From positions 32,001 to 96,000 of IMG/VR virus record IMGVR_UViG_3300028563_000011: 64,000 nucleotides of DNA. The stretch is one strand, 5' to 3'. Source of the DNA: a virus. Positions 46,652 to 56,510 of the stretch are shown in pieces; the stretch's first letter is position 1; each line of letters opens with the position of its first letter. The notes beneath the pieces were generated by a model that was given only the letters and a program-made list of their open reading frames with translations, did no database searches and was not told where the DNA came from. Position numbers and translations under genes: made by a program.

Positions 46652-47245
46652 TCACTTGTATTTACCTTCAAACTTTGCTCGCTCAAGCCACTTATCAACA
46701 AACTCAGCATCATATTTACGTTCTAATGTAAAAGCATCATCCAACCCCAACCAACAACGAAATCTTTCCCATAACGTCAACCAGTGTATTTTACCACTAC
46801 GCATATACAACAAAGGACCATCAATGTGATCCCAATTAATTTCTGGTACAGCATCTTTGTCAAACTGAACTGCAACACCAAATCCTATGTAAATAAAATT
46901 GGCTCTTATCATTGCGTCTCTTGCTTGGTCATTCATTATCTTATTTACTTCTTTGGTTACTTCACGAAACGTTGTTTCAAACATATCTGACTTACAAGGG
47001 TAATACCCACCTTTGATACCACGAATTATCCAATCTCCTGAAGTAGCCGTCATTTCCCCTTCTTTAGTCTGAACAACAAGAACAAAAGCATTCATTAGTG
47101 GCAAAAGTTGGGCAGAAGTATTACCCCCTGACCAAGCTTCTATCTCATCTGCTGATGTAATTGAGCCATCCCATTGGATTGCCTCAACTTCAACAGGTTT
47201 GTTTACAAATCTACGTGCTGCCATTTTGAACTTAACTTTCTTCAA
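46652..47245 (-). CDS. Conserved phage protein (KPVEVEAIQW / GDWIIRG family) with extra C-terminal domain
   Basis: TKEGEMTATSGDWIIRGIKGGYYPCKSDMFETTF. Confidence 0.65.
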   Translation of the reverse strand: MKKVKFKMAARRFVNKPVEVEAIQWDGSITSADEIEAWSGGNTSAQLLPLMNAFVLVVQTKEGEMTATSGDWIIRGIKGGYYPCKSDMFETTFREVTKEVNKIMNDQARDAMIRANFIYIGFGVAVQFDKDAVPEINWDHIDGPLLYMRSGKIHWLTLWERFRCWLGLDDAFTLERKYDAEFVDKWLERAKFEGKYK

Positions 47246-47510
47246 TAACTCTAATCAAGACTTTGACTATATCACGCATTAAGGCTAATTCCACACTTGT
47301 AATATTGAATTGTATCTGAAGTTCTTGATTCTTTTTTACATAAGACTCAACCTCTTCCATATACTTATTTCGTTGATCCTGCAATACTTTATTCGTTTTA
47401 TTCAAGTTATTAATACGTTGGTGAAGAGCATTATTCTCTTCTAACCACCTCTTACTCTCTTCCAACCACTTCTTTCTGTCATATGGATTTTTACGTAAAG
47501 TGGGCGGCAC
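47232..47510 (-). CDS. Hypothetical coiled-coil protein
   Basis: ORF in operon. Confidence 0.45.
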   Translation of the reverse strand: MPPTLRKNPYDRKKWLEESKRWLEENNALHQRINNLNKTNKVLQDQRNKYMEEVESYVKKNQELQIQFNITSVELALMRDIVKVLIRVIEES

Positions 47511-47555
47511 GTTCGGGTACTTGTTTCATTTTCGGTTGCAATTTTCTTTTCGTGT

Positions 47556-47837
47556 TCATTTTGTGAGGTCTACCTTTTCCAAACCAGCTTCCATCCAATA
47601 ACGATACAAAGCACGCTCAGCTAGGACAATATTGTCCTCTATATCTGCAAGAGGTAACACATACTCATTTAGTTCCACTGAATTTTCTTTGGGATCCCGT
47701 TTGGTATAAGATCCCCCCTTAAGATCGTGAAGTACTCTTACAAACGGAGTTATCTTCACTACTGTTCTTGTTGTGCCTTTTGGCCATTCGGGATGAGTTA
47801 CTATATCACCAGGCTTAAGAGAATGAGGATCCGCCAT
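47556..47837 (-). CDS. Hypothetical protein
   Basis: LKPGDIVTH SH3-like start. Confidence 0.45.
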   Translation of the reverse strand: MADPHSLKPGDIVTHPEWPKGTTRTVVKITPFVRVLHDLKGGSYTKRDPKENSVELNEYVLPLADIEDNIVLAERALYRYWMEAGLEKVDLTK

Positions 47838-47838
47838 T

Positions 47839-48387
47839 TTAACTTATTCCCTTGTTTTCTGTTTTATTCTTTAAGCGCCAAATAGCTCCCGCCAAAGCGC
47901 TATGAGAGACTCCGAGTAGACGTTCTATATCGTTTCTAGGCATTTTTAGCTTCAAACACTCTTCTAATTTATCATACTCCACTTGAGTCCAACGCATTTT
48001 AGAACCCCTCCAATACACAGCACGAGGGTCTTGAGCTTTGTGAGCATCTGCAATAATTTGTCTCACTACATGCAATTCAAGGCTAAGTCTATCACAAATT
48101 GCCTTTACTGGTACATCATTGGAATACAACTCTAAGCACATATCTGTGATTGTCTTTACCTTTTTCTTAGGTTTAACCGTTAAAATTGGTGGTGTTTTAA
48201 GTTCTTCTACCTTATTCTTTGGAGGGTTATACCCATTAGGGTAATACTCTTCAATCCTTGTGCCTTTAGGCAAGGCTGACTGCAAAGCATGCAGAGTTGG
48301 TTCTCTAACACCATCAACTTCCCAAAGTTTGGTATCTAGGTAAAATATAGGATGAACCGTATTAGCCACCTGAGGAATTATCCTCAT
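47839..48387 (-). CDS. Double-HTH regulator with GcrA-like C-terminal HTH
   Basis: MRWTQVEYDKL...DIERLLGVSHSALAGAIWRL resembles the GcrA N-terminal HTH; start probably MRIIPQ. Confidence 0.55.
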   Translation of the reverse strand: MRIIPQVANTVHPIFYLDTKLWEVDGVREPTLHALQSALPKGTRIEEYYPNGYNPPKNKVEELKTPPILTVKPKKKVKTITDMCLELYSNDVPVKAICDRLSLELHVVRQIIADAHKAQDPRAVYWRGSKMRWTQVEYDKLEECLKLKMPRNDIERLLGVSHSALAGAIWRLKNKTENKGIS

Positions 48388-48686
48388 TTCGGAACTATAA
48401 CAACACAACTTCCTTTTATTTCTTTGGATGAAAACTGTGCAGTACGTTCTTCAAACAAAATAAATCCTTTTTCTATCATTGCTTCTAATAAGCTATTAGC
48501 AATTGATCTCTTCTGATAAGAAATCATGAGCTCTTGATACAAGTTAGCTTGATTTAATACAGCCTCTGATATAAGCGCAGTGTTCATCAATAGTTGAATC
48601 CGCTCTTTTGGATAAACCTTGAATCCACGCTCTTCAAGTTCTTTCTTCAAAGACTCAGTTGAAGTTAAAGCTAGATTAGTCTTCAT
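48384..48686 (-). CDS. Hypothetical protein
   Basis: Coupled ORF. Confidence 0.45.
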   Translation of the reverse strand: MKTNLALTSTESLKKELEERGFKVYPKERIQLLMNTALISEAVLNQANLYQELMISYQKRSIANSLLEAMIEKGFILFEERTAQFSSKEIKGSCVVIVPK

Positions 48687-48688
48687 AT

Positions 48689-48985
48689 TTACATCCCTTT
48701 GTACTTACCAATCCTTACTTTGTGTAGAGTTTCTCTCACAATTGATCGCCAACACTTTTCAGCAGCTATGATGCTATCCCGTAAGTGAGCTTCTGCTCTT
48801 AATGCTCGATACCTCCAAGTTGCTCCTACTGAATCATAAATCTCAGCAGGCTTCAAGGAAGCAGCATTAACAACAGTTAATCCTCTTACTCTTAATTCTG
48901 ACATAATCCAAGGTGTGTCAAAAGGCCAATTAGACATGTCAGGCGCTTTAACTGTACGCCTAAACTTCTCATCTTCAGGTAACAT
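48689..48985 (-). CDS. Hypothetical protein
   Basis: Coupled ORF. Confidence 0.45.
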   Translation of the reverse strand: MLPEDEKFRRTVKAPDMSNWPFDTPWIMSELRVRGLTVVNAASLKPAEIYDSVGATWRYRALRAEAHLRDSIIAAEKCWRSIVRETLHKVRIGKYKGM

Positions 48986-48991
48986 TTAGCT

Positions 48992-51900
48992 TTATCCACA
49001 CTTGGAATCCCCACAATTAATACATACCCAACAACTCGATTGCTTAATTACGGTAAATCCTCCGCATTTAGTACATTTGGTTCCATGCAAATTGGTTGAA
49101 TCAGTTACTTGAAACTTTCCTTCAAGATTTTCTGGTAACTTAAAGACATCCTGTTCTGGAGGTATTAACTCAAGCCAACGGAAGTGTTCTTCAATCGTAA
49201 AGCCTACAGCAGCGACTAGAGAGTTAACATATTTTTGTTTATACCAAGTCCCCCCTCTTGCTGAACAAACTTGCTTCAACTCCTCAATGATGAAAGAAGA
49301 ATCCACTTCTCGCCTAAAGATTGCAGTTATGAGTAAAGATAAAGCTTTTATCCATTCCTCGTGTTCTGAGTTTTTAGAGTTAATGAAGATCTCAAAGGGA
49401 CGACGTTGGCCCTTTTGATCTATATAGTCATTGATGTTTATATACAATGCGTTATCAGACAAGGGCCATTTGATCCGATAACGTCTCCCATCCAAAACTT
49501 CCTGCATGGGGACTTTTTCAAGTGGAACTATAGGAGCCTCTTTCTTCTCGGAAAGAACCTCTCCACGCTCAGACCTGGGGTCTGGGCGGTACGTTGTACA
49601 ACCCTTCAACCCCAACTTGTAAGCCTTAGTGTAGACTTCCTTAAAATCCTCGAAAGACATCTCGGTAGGACAATTGATAGTTTTAGAGATTGCGGAGTCT
49701 ACAAATTCTTGAGCCGCAGCTTGCATCTCTAAATGCTGATCAACAGTAAGGTCTTTGGCAGTTACAAAGTATTCTGGTACCTCAATAGAACCAATAGGGG
49801 AGTGAGGGGAAGTCACTTCATGATACTGAAGATACCCATAATCGTAAACCTCATAAGTCTTCTTAGTCCCATCTGGACCTAAAACCTTACGCTCGTAATT
49901 GTGTAAGAAAACAGGCTCAATACCTGAAGACACATTCCCCGCTAACAAAGATATTGTACCTGTTGGCGCTATTGACATCAATAGCGCATTGCGAATACCA
50001 TACTTTTGGATATCTCCAATAATGTCTTTTGGTAAAGTTTGTACAAACTTACCTAGTGTGTACTTGATCCTATCAAATAACGGGAACGGCCCCCGCTCTT
50101 TTGCTAGTTCAATAGAAGCTCTATAAACAGCATAACACAACTCCTTTGTTATCTTCTTGGTTAATTGTATTGCAGTTGTAGAACCATAAGCAACACGAAG
50201 TTGCTGTAAAGCATTTGCTAATCCAGTATAACCAATACCAAGCCTACGCTTGTTTAACGCTTCTTCACGCTGAGCCTCTGTAGGGAAACGGGTTTCATCT
50301 AAAACATTATCTAAAAAGCGAACAAGGCTTGTTGCTGCAGTACGTAAAGCATCATAATCAAACCTAGGACTACTTGTAAATGGGTCCTTGACCATAACTG
50401 CTAAGTTAACATGTCCTAAATTACAGTCACCATTTGCCGGAAGCATTTGCTCCCCACAATTCGAGATTTTTATACCACTAAGTGCTTGATTTTCATACCT
50501 TTCTACAAAGTTAGAACTTGTTATCACTGCATAGTTATGAAACTCGTCTACCGTCAGGTTATAGACATCCCCATAGCCGCAAGGTTGTACTAAAACGACC
50601 TTATGATTAGACCCAGAACCGGCTCTAAATTCTCCTGTTCTTCGTGACAAAGCAACCTTTGCTGTATGTTCTGCAGAATGCTTCCGCCCTTTCATCTTCA
50701 AACTGTGTTTTCTACCAGTCTCTAATTTTTCCTCTAGAGAACGGTTAGCACTAGCTTGAGATGCTAAAACCATAGCACATTTACGTGAACAACACTTACG
50801 CTTTCCAGCCCCTGTCTCTAATGATTTAGCTCTTACTACAAACGCCTTGCCACAACCCTTACACACCTTTTCAAAGTTAAAGGCTAACTTTGACATAGAA
50901 ATGCTCAAAGTTTCTCTGTGCTCTTCGGTCCAACCTTCTTTCACTGATTGTTTCCACCCCTCAAAATAATCAGGGTCTTGATTACGCTCAATAGTTTTAT
51001 CCCCAATCTTACGCTTAGTTTCAACTGAATGTTGCTTACCCCACATTCCATTCGATTCACCAGAAATTGAGGCACTCATATTATTACGATAAACTTGCTT
51101 TTGTTCTTCAGTTAACCCCTGCCACCAAAAACGCATGGGATTATTATCGCCTAGCTTATGATCCCTATTATGATCTTCAGCCAATTTAACTTCAATGTTA
51201 TCCCAATCATTATTTTGATGATTACCGTCTACGTGATGGCAATGATATTGACCTCGCTTACGGCCCCAATCAAATTTACGACCGTACTTTGCTTCAGCAA
51301 TTAAGTGGTATTCAGGCGTCTTAACCCCTCCTCCAAAACGAGTAACACTAACATCACCCCACTTGGTTAAAATTTGATCGTGTCTAAATAGACTATCACC
51401 CTCTCTCAAATCCTTAGCCTCAACCTCTCCTCCATCCCGTAGCGGAAATTTATGATCAGGAGTAACCTTAAGACAACTACTATCATCTAATACTACCTTA
51501 ACAAGCTCTGCATTCTTCCGAGTCAACCTAGGATTACGCCCCCACCTAACAATAGTTTCGCCACTTTGGGGATCAACAGCAAACACAGGAATGTCTTTAC
51601 CCTCATCAGCTAATTGTTGAATTGTAACTGAACCCCGACCTGCTACTGCAATCAAAGTCTCTCCTACTACACAAGGATTACAGCAATGAATATGCTCACA
51701 ATAGTAAAGATTATTCCATGTATTTACTCTATCGATAAAAAGAATACCAGGCTCAGCATAAATATAAGTATTCTCAATAATGAGATTCCATAACTCTCTG
51801 GCCTTTAACCGCTTATAAACGTAATGTGTCTGACCATCACGCTCATAAACGTCAACATGATTATTATCCGCTCTTGGAACCGTAAAATACAAGTCCCAAT

Positions 51901-52525
51901 CTTTATCATTCTCAAGGGCTTCCATAAAAGCATCAGTAACAAGTACTGAGATATTAAAATTTGTCAACTTTCCTTTCTCACGCTTTGCTAATACAAAATC
52001 AACAACATCTGGGTGCCAAATAGCAAGTGTCCCCATCATAGCTCCACGACGATGTCCTGCAGACATAATCGTATTAGAACTATGATGCCACATATCCATA
52101 AAAGGAAGAACACCTGAGGATTGTGAACTTGTACGTTTTACAACGGCTCCATTAGGACGAATAGTGGAAAAATCCATACCAATTCCACCCCCCATCTGCA
52201 AAGTAATAGCTGCAACTTTTAGGCTATCCATAATACCCAAACCAAGGCGGTCTGGCTCGGTATCCATAGAATCTTGAATATCAGGGGAGACAAAACAATT
52301 AATTAGCGTAACACGTTTATCTGTTCCTGCTCCGGCATGTATACGCCCAGCAGGAATAATAGTACGAGCTCGCAAAGCTTCCAAAGCCTGAATCCTAGCA
52401 TTGGTATTGGGGTCTTTAGAATAAATACAATTAACAATACGCTGAAACGTATCCTCAATATTAGCCTCATCCCCATAGCGGTACTTCTCGCTCCAAGTAT
52501 CAAGGGTTATCTGCTGCTTAGCCAT
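48992..52525 (-). CDS. nrdJ: Class II (B12-dependent) ribonucleotide reductase, intein-containing
   Basis: PAGRI, NCFV, GGGIG, RRGAMM, NP[intein]CGEQ, IAPTGTIS, KGCTTYR and C-terminal Zn ribbon. Confidence 0.92.
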   Translation of the reverse strand: MAKQQITLDTWSEKYRYGDEANIEDTFQRIVNCIYSKDPNTNARIQALEALRARTIIPAGRIHAGAGTDKRVTLINCFVSPDIQDSMDTEPDRLGLGIMDSLKVAAITLQMGGGIGMDFSTIRPNGAVVKRTSSQSSGVLPFMDMWHHSSNTIMSAGHRRGAMMGTLAIWHPDVVDFVLAKREKGKLTNFNISVLVTDAFMEALENDKDWDLYFTVPRADNNHVDVYERDGQTHYVYKRLKARELWNLIIENTYIYAEPGILFIDRVNTWNNLYYCEHIHCCNPCVVGETLIAVAGRGSVTIQQLADEGKDIPVFAVDPQSGETIVRWGRNPRLTRKNAELVKVVLDDSSCLKVTPDHKFPLRDGGEVEAKDLREGDSLFRHDQILTKWGDVSVTRFGGGVKTPEYHLIAEAKYGRKFDWGRKRGQYHCHHVDGNHQNNDWDNIEVKLAEDHNRDHKLGDNNPMRFWWQGLTEEQKQVYRNNMSASISGESNGMWGKQHSVETKRKIGDKTIERNQDPDYFEGWKQSVKEGWTEEHRETLSISMSKLAFNFEKVCKGCGKAFVVRAKSLETGAGKRKCCSRKCAMVLASQASANRSLEEKLETGRKHSLKMKGRKHSAEHTAKVALSRRTGEFRAGSGSNHKVVLVQPCGYGDVYNLTVDEFHNYAVITSSNFVERYENQALSGIKISNCGEQMLPANGDCNLGHVNLAVMVKDPFTSSPRFDYDALRTAATSLVRFLDNVLDETRFPTEAQREEALNKRRLGIGYTGLANALQQLRVAYGSTTAIQLTKKITKELCYAVYRASIELAKERGPFPLFDRIKYTLGKFVQTLPKDIIGDIQKYGIRNALLMSIAPTGTISLLAGNVSSGIEPVFLHNYERKVLGPDGTKKTYEVYDYGYLQYHEVTSPHSPIGSIEVPEYFVTAKDLTVDQHLEMQAAAQEFVDSAISKTINCPTEMSFEDFKEVYTKAYKLGLKGCTTYRPDPRSERGEVLSEKKEAPIVPLEKVPMQEVLDGRRYRIKWPLSDNALYININDYIDQKGQRRPFEIFINSKNSEHEEWIKALSLLITAIFRREVDSSFIIEELKQVCSARGGTWYKQKYVNSLVAAVGFTIEEHFRWLELIPPEQDVFKLPENLEGKFQVTDSTNLHGTKCTKCGGFTVIKQSSCWVCINCGDSKCG
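50459..51673 (-). mobile_element. Intein (405 aa) with HNH/NUMOD3 homing endonuclease
   Basis: Begins CVVGET; block B VTPDHKF; HHVDGNHQNNDWDNI; block F DVYNLTVDEFHNY; ends ISN before the +1 Cys. Confidence 0.88.
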
Positions 52526-52635
52526 AGGACTTCTTCCCTCTAGGGTTGTTTGGAGGATACACTACCGCTAATTAGGTACAACGGGTTTTTCGTTATACCT
52601 AACAGATTGTGAACTGAAGCTGAAATCCTAATAGA

Positions 52636-53142
52636 TTAAGTAGCCTCAAGCTGATCGTCTGCAATGAGGACTTTAGTCTTCCGACCTAAAATATCTAGTA
52701 ATACTTGTTGGCGCTCTTTATCGGCTTGACCATAATAAATCCCTTGCCTATTAACAAAGGCTCCGTCAGTTATTCTGACACTTTGACCTGGGATAAACCT
52801 AGGCTTTGGTAATACTACCAAGCCTTGCTCATCCTCTTTGGATCGAAGTTGTTGGATAACATCATCAGGTAGTATTGCTGGTTTATCTCCATTCAATACT
52901 ACCCCTATAACTCCATAAGTATTCATCAAAAACTTCCATTGCTCATCCGTCTGGACAAACAAATAACTAGTAAATAAAGGCCGGGAAACTGCAAGGGTTC
53001 TCCCACCTTTCGTAACTATAGAACTAATGCTTGGAAGATAAGGTATACGACCTTGACGCGCTACATTTTCTGCAGCCCACTTCTCACGATTAGGCTTAGT
53101 CCGAACGACTAACCACTGAAGTGTTTGATTTCCGTCGCCCAT
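52636..53142 (-). CDS. NusG/RfaH-family transcription antiterminator
   Basis: WLVVRTKPNRE, PLFTSYLFV and KOW motif GQSVRITDGAF. Confidence 0.88.
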   Translation of the reverse strand: MGDGNQTLQWLVVRTKPNREKWAAENVARQGRIPYLPSISSIVTKGGRTLAVSRPLFTSYLFVQTDEQWKFLMNTYGVIGVVLNGDKPAILPDDVIQQLRSKEDEQGLVVLPKPRFIPGQSVRITDGAFVNRQGIYYGQADKERQQVLLDILGRKTKVLIADDQLEAT

Positions 53143-53199
53143 GCCCCCAGCTTACCCCCTAAAACCTTCCCGATAAAGCCTTTTATATGCTTCACAAGT

Positions 53200-54216
53200 C
53201 TAACCATACTTCTTACGCGTAGGCTTAAATCTTCCCTCCACTTCTTCCCAAGCGTTAATCACTGCCAAACTAACATCTCTTACCAATTTTCTATAGTCCT
53301 GAGTGCTTAAACCATCACTCTCTGCAATAAACCTATCCACCATAGCAGGTGTTAAGTCAATATCCCCAAGATGCTTAACCTCTTCTAGCCAATCCAAACT
53401 CGCTACAAGATCATCTACCCCATACCCAAAGCGAATAGCAAACTCACATTCCCCAAACGGAACAGTTACTTTGTTCTTTTTACAATTTGCCTTTATACGC
53501 ACACCAATTGCTCGCTTAACTCCACCAATTGTCTTAACAATACGCTTCAAGTGAGAAAGCCAAATAATATGGCTCGCATAAAAGTCCAGAGCCTTGCCTC
53601 CAGAACGAGTATGCTTTTCTCCAACCACAAACCCTATTTTGTCTCTAACTTGGGAAATAATGATAACTGCAATGTGAGCTTTCTTTAATTCTCCAGCAAT
53701 CTCACAAAACATTTCACTTAAAAGCTTTTGCTTATCTAACCGAAAAGATCCTTGATCCAAATCGCGGCCAACACCAGCACGAGCGCCAACAGCATCGAGG
53801 GAATCAATAATATACAAGCCAGGAACATCATTCTCAATAGAGAACTTAATACACTCCCGAATATCTTCATAGATATCTTCAATCGTTTGCCAAAGGGAAT
53901 CTTCCCCTTCCGGACCAAAGTCCACACGATCAATCGGGAGACCTAGAGACTGAGCATAAAAAGTATCGAAAGCCGCTTCAGATTCTCTGTACCATATCTT
54001 ACCAGTAGGGAAGAGATTTGCAAAGTTAGCAACGGCTTCAATCGCGAGCAAAGTTTTACCAACGGACTTATCTCCAACAATGTTAGCAACCCGACCAAGA
54101 CACCATCCTCCGCCTAAGACACAGTCTAAAACTGTACATCCTGTTGAAAAGAACCGTTTGTTATTCCTGCCGGGGAAGTAATCTCCCCCAGCAGATACCT
54201 GTACACGCTCAGCCAT
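53200..54216 (-). CDS. recA: RecA/UvsX recombinase
   Basis: GDKSVGKT, IIDSL, ISQVRDKIG and SGGKALDFYAS. Confidence 0.9.
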   Translation of the reverse strand: MAERVQVSAGGDYFPGRNNKRFFSTGCTVLDCVLGGGWCLGRVANIVGDKSVGKTLLAIEAVANFANLFPTGKIWYRESEAAFDTFYAQSLGLPIDRVDFGPEGEDSLWQTIEDIYEDIRECIKFSIENDVPGLYIIDSLDAVGARAGVGRDLDQGSFRLDKQKLLSEMFCEIAGELKKAHIAVIIISQVRDKIGFVVGEKHTRSGGKALDFYASHIIWLSHLKRIVKTIGGVKRAIGVRIKANCKKNKVTVPFGECEFAIRFGYGVDDLVASLDWLEEVKHLGDIDLTPAMVDRFIAESDGLSTQDYRKLVRDVSLAVINAWEEVEGRFKPTRKKYG

Positions 54217-54229
54217 TTGGTTTTAGCCT

Positions 54230-55360
54230 TTAAGACCGAGTACGGCTACGCAACCGCTCCAAACCACGACGGGCTTGGGTTTCCGGCGGAGCGTCTTTGT
54301 CTCCTACATCAGAGTCGGTAGGATCGTCCTCCACGACCGCACGTCGGGTGGAAGGCCGCTCCCTCGCGGCGGGCTCGTTTACCTCCCCAGCGGGCTCCTC
54401 TGAGGCCGTACGACGCACTCTAGAACCGCGCTCCCCTTCATCGAAGGGAGGGTCTTGTGTGGTCTCTACAGTTGCACGCCTCGATCCATTTGTACCACTA
54501 CGACGTGAGCCTTCTGTTTCGTCCAGATCAGCAGAACGACGTACAGGCGTACCCCTCCGAGACTCAGTTTCATCCACAACGTCATCAGTTGACTCGGAAC
54601 GCCTAGAATTACGCCGATTGCTTGTTTCGTTAGCCTCCTCACTCGTCTTAGACTTAGATTTGCCCATCAAAACCTTCTGGATGTAATCATAGTCGTAATA
54701 CTGCAATACATCAGGAAGGGGGTGGTCCATAATGTAGTCAACCCAACGGTCCTGAAGCTTTTCATTGTTGTGGATAGGAGAGGGATCCCTACTAACCTCA
54801 ACCCCAAGATAATTGGTATTTTCCTTGTTTGTCCCTTCACGATTAAAATTAATGTCGTAACCCTCTTCAGGATCATCCAACAAAATTGGAGTATTGGTCT
54901 TCTTGTCAATACTCCGTGCTACGATGTCTCGGAAAAGCTTACCACCAAAATTCCAAACCTGTGGTCCAGCTTTCTCGTCTCCCCGATCCAAAGCCCAAGC
55001 CAACCCTCGCCAAGCAGGACGCAACTGATCCTTCTCGTCCTCATCACGGGTCTCTGCCCGAGCTTCACAGCAAGGACAAGGTTTACCCAACATCTTTTCA
55101 AGACAAAGGTAAGCTGCACTATCAGAACCAATATTATAATGCAACCAAACCTGGATTTCCCAAGAATCCCCCCATCTCTCCATATCTTCCCAAGTCGGGG
55201 GGAGAATTCGGATTGATACCTCACCTTCCTTAACCTTTAATTGGGTGTATTCCGACTTGATATAACTATCGTAAGAACTTGAAGCCTGCTTCGCCCGCCG
55301 AGTAACCCCCTCAACAGAACGCTCAGCCCCTCTATATACAAAACCTTTACTCTTTGTCAT
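54230..55360 (-). CDS. gp32-like single-stranded DNA-binding protein
   Basis: IRILPP, H...C...CPCCE Zn site, DPEEGYD and charged disordered tail. Confidence 0.75.
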   Translation of the reverse strand: MTKSKGFVYRGAERSVEGVTRRAKQASSSYDSYIKSEYTQLKVKEGEVSIRILPPTWEDMERWGDSWEIQVWLHYNIGSDSAAYLCLEKMLGKPCPCCEARAETRDEDEKDQLRPAWRGLAWALDRGDEKAGPQVWNFGGKLFRDIVARSIDKKTNTPILLDDPEEGYDINFNREGTNKENTNYLGVEVSRDPSPIHNNEKLQDRWVDYIMDHPLPDVLQYYDYDYIQKVLMGKSKSKTSEEANETSNRRNSRRSESTDDVVDETESRRGTPVRRSADLDETEGSRRSGTNGSRRATVETTQDPPFDEGERGSRVRRTASEEPAGEVNEPAARERPSTRRAVVEDDPTDSDVGDKDAPPETQARRGLERLRSRTRS

Positions 55361-55495
55361 TTGACTCTCCTGTTAGTTTCATTACGGAACGCATGAACTC
55401 AAGCTTGGTGCGGAAGTAACCAATACTAGCAAAACGCGAGGAAACGTAAGCTAGTATCACAAAAAACAACCCTAGTATAATATAATCCCACCAAA

Positions 55496-56047
55496 TCATA
55501 ATTTTCCCTCTTCTCTAAGCCTTCGCTCTTCATCTTTACCGCGACGCTCTGCCCGCAACCGGCTGGCAGCGTTGTAATTATTCTCTGCTTGAGCATCCAT
55601 AAAGTTCCGGTGAACTTTATGGGATCCCTTTTCGATGGAAAGGTTTTGCATCTGAGCAATACGTGAAGCCCCTAATTCCCGTATAATCCAAGATCTCTCC
55701 TTAAAAGACTCCTTCAAAGCTAACCAACGGTCTGCTAACAACCGTTTATCAGCATACTCCCGTGTTGCATCCTGTATCACAGGCACTAGAGTTAGCTGAC
55801 GCTGAATCATTACCTCAGTTAGCTTTTGCTCAGACCTAATGGCTTCATCGCGTATATCTTTATCTACCTGCGCAGTAAGTTCTTCTAATCTCAATTTGGC
55901 AGCGTCTCGGTCTGCAATAGCTAAGGCTAGTTCATCTGCAGCTGAAAAGAACAATTGCGGGTGTTGCATAATACAACGGTCAAAATCGTCCTCATCAATG
56001 GCTAAACAACTCTTTAATTCTTCACGTTTGCTTGTACGAGCAATCAT
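55496..56047 (-). CDS. UvsY-like recombination mediator
   Basis: LAIDE...QHPQLF, KLTE helical pattern; adjacent to SSB and RecA. Confidence 0.55.
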   Translation of the reverse strand: MIARTSKREELKSCLAIDEDDFDRCIMQHPQLFFSAADELALAIADRDAAKLRLEELTAQVDKDIRDEAIRSEQKLTEVMIQRQLTLVPVIQDATREYADKRLLADRWLALKESFKERSWIIRELGASRIAQMQNLSIEKGSHKVHRNFMDAQAENNYNAASRLRAERRGKDEERRLREEGKL

Positions 56048-56295
56048 TATTTCTTCTCCTTTACAAACCTAGGAGCACCCTCCCTATTAATCCCCAAAAA
56101 AGAAGCTAAAGACCTTGTGTAAGCTTGCTTGGTATCCAAATTTAAGTAGACAACCCAAAATTCCAAGTCAACTTCATTAGGGGCATCAGCCCATAACGGT
56201 AAAGACACAATGTGATACCGTATTCCCCTACGAGTATTAACCCAAATTTCACCGACCTTCGGTAGCTCTACGATCATTGTTTCTTCCCCCCACAA
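56047..56295 (-). CDS. DUF1653-like protein
   Basis: VVY...YTRSLASF...RF. Confidence 0.55.
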   Translation of the reverse strand: MWGEETMIVELPKVGEIWVNTRRGIRYHIVSLPLWADAPNEVDLEFWVVYLNLDTKQAYTRSLASFLGINREGAPRFVKEKK

Positions 56296-56495
56296 TCCAC
56301 ACCTTCCCTACCACACTCACGTTCATACTCTTCTTTAGAAGAAAGACTCATTAAGTGACCAGCAGCTTTGCTAAAAACGCCACTCCGTTGATGAATCTCT
56401 TTATCACAAAATGCTGCAGAACTAACTCTTATGCGCTCAGTAACACTGCAAATGAATGCTCCACAAACAACAATCCAACAAACTAACGGTACCAT
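56274..56495 (-). CDS. Hypothetical membrane protein
   Basis: Hydrophobic N-terminus; start uncertain. Confidence 0.3.
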   Translation of the reverse strand: MVPLVCWIVVCGAFICSVTERIRVSSAAFCDKEIHQRSGVFSKAAGHLMSLSSKEEYERECGREGVDCGGKKQ

Positions 56496-56510
56496 ACCTA
56501 TACATACTCC

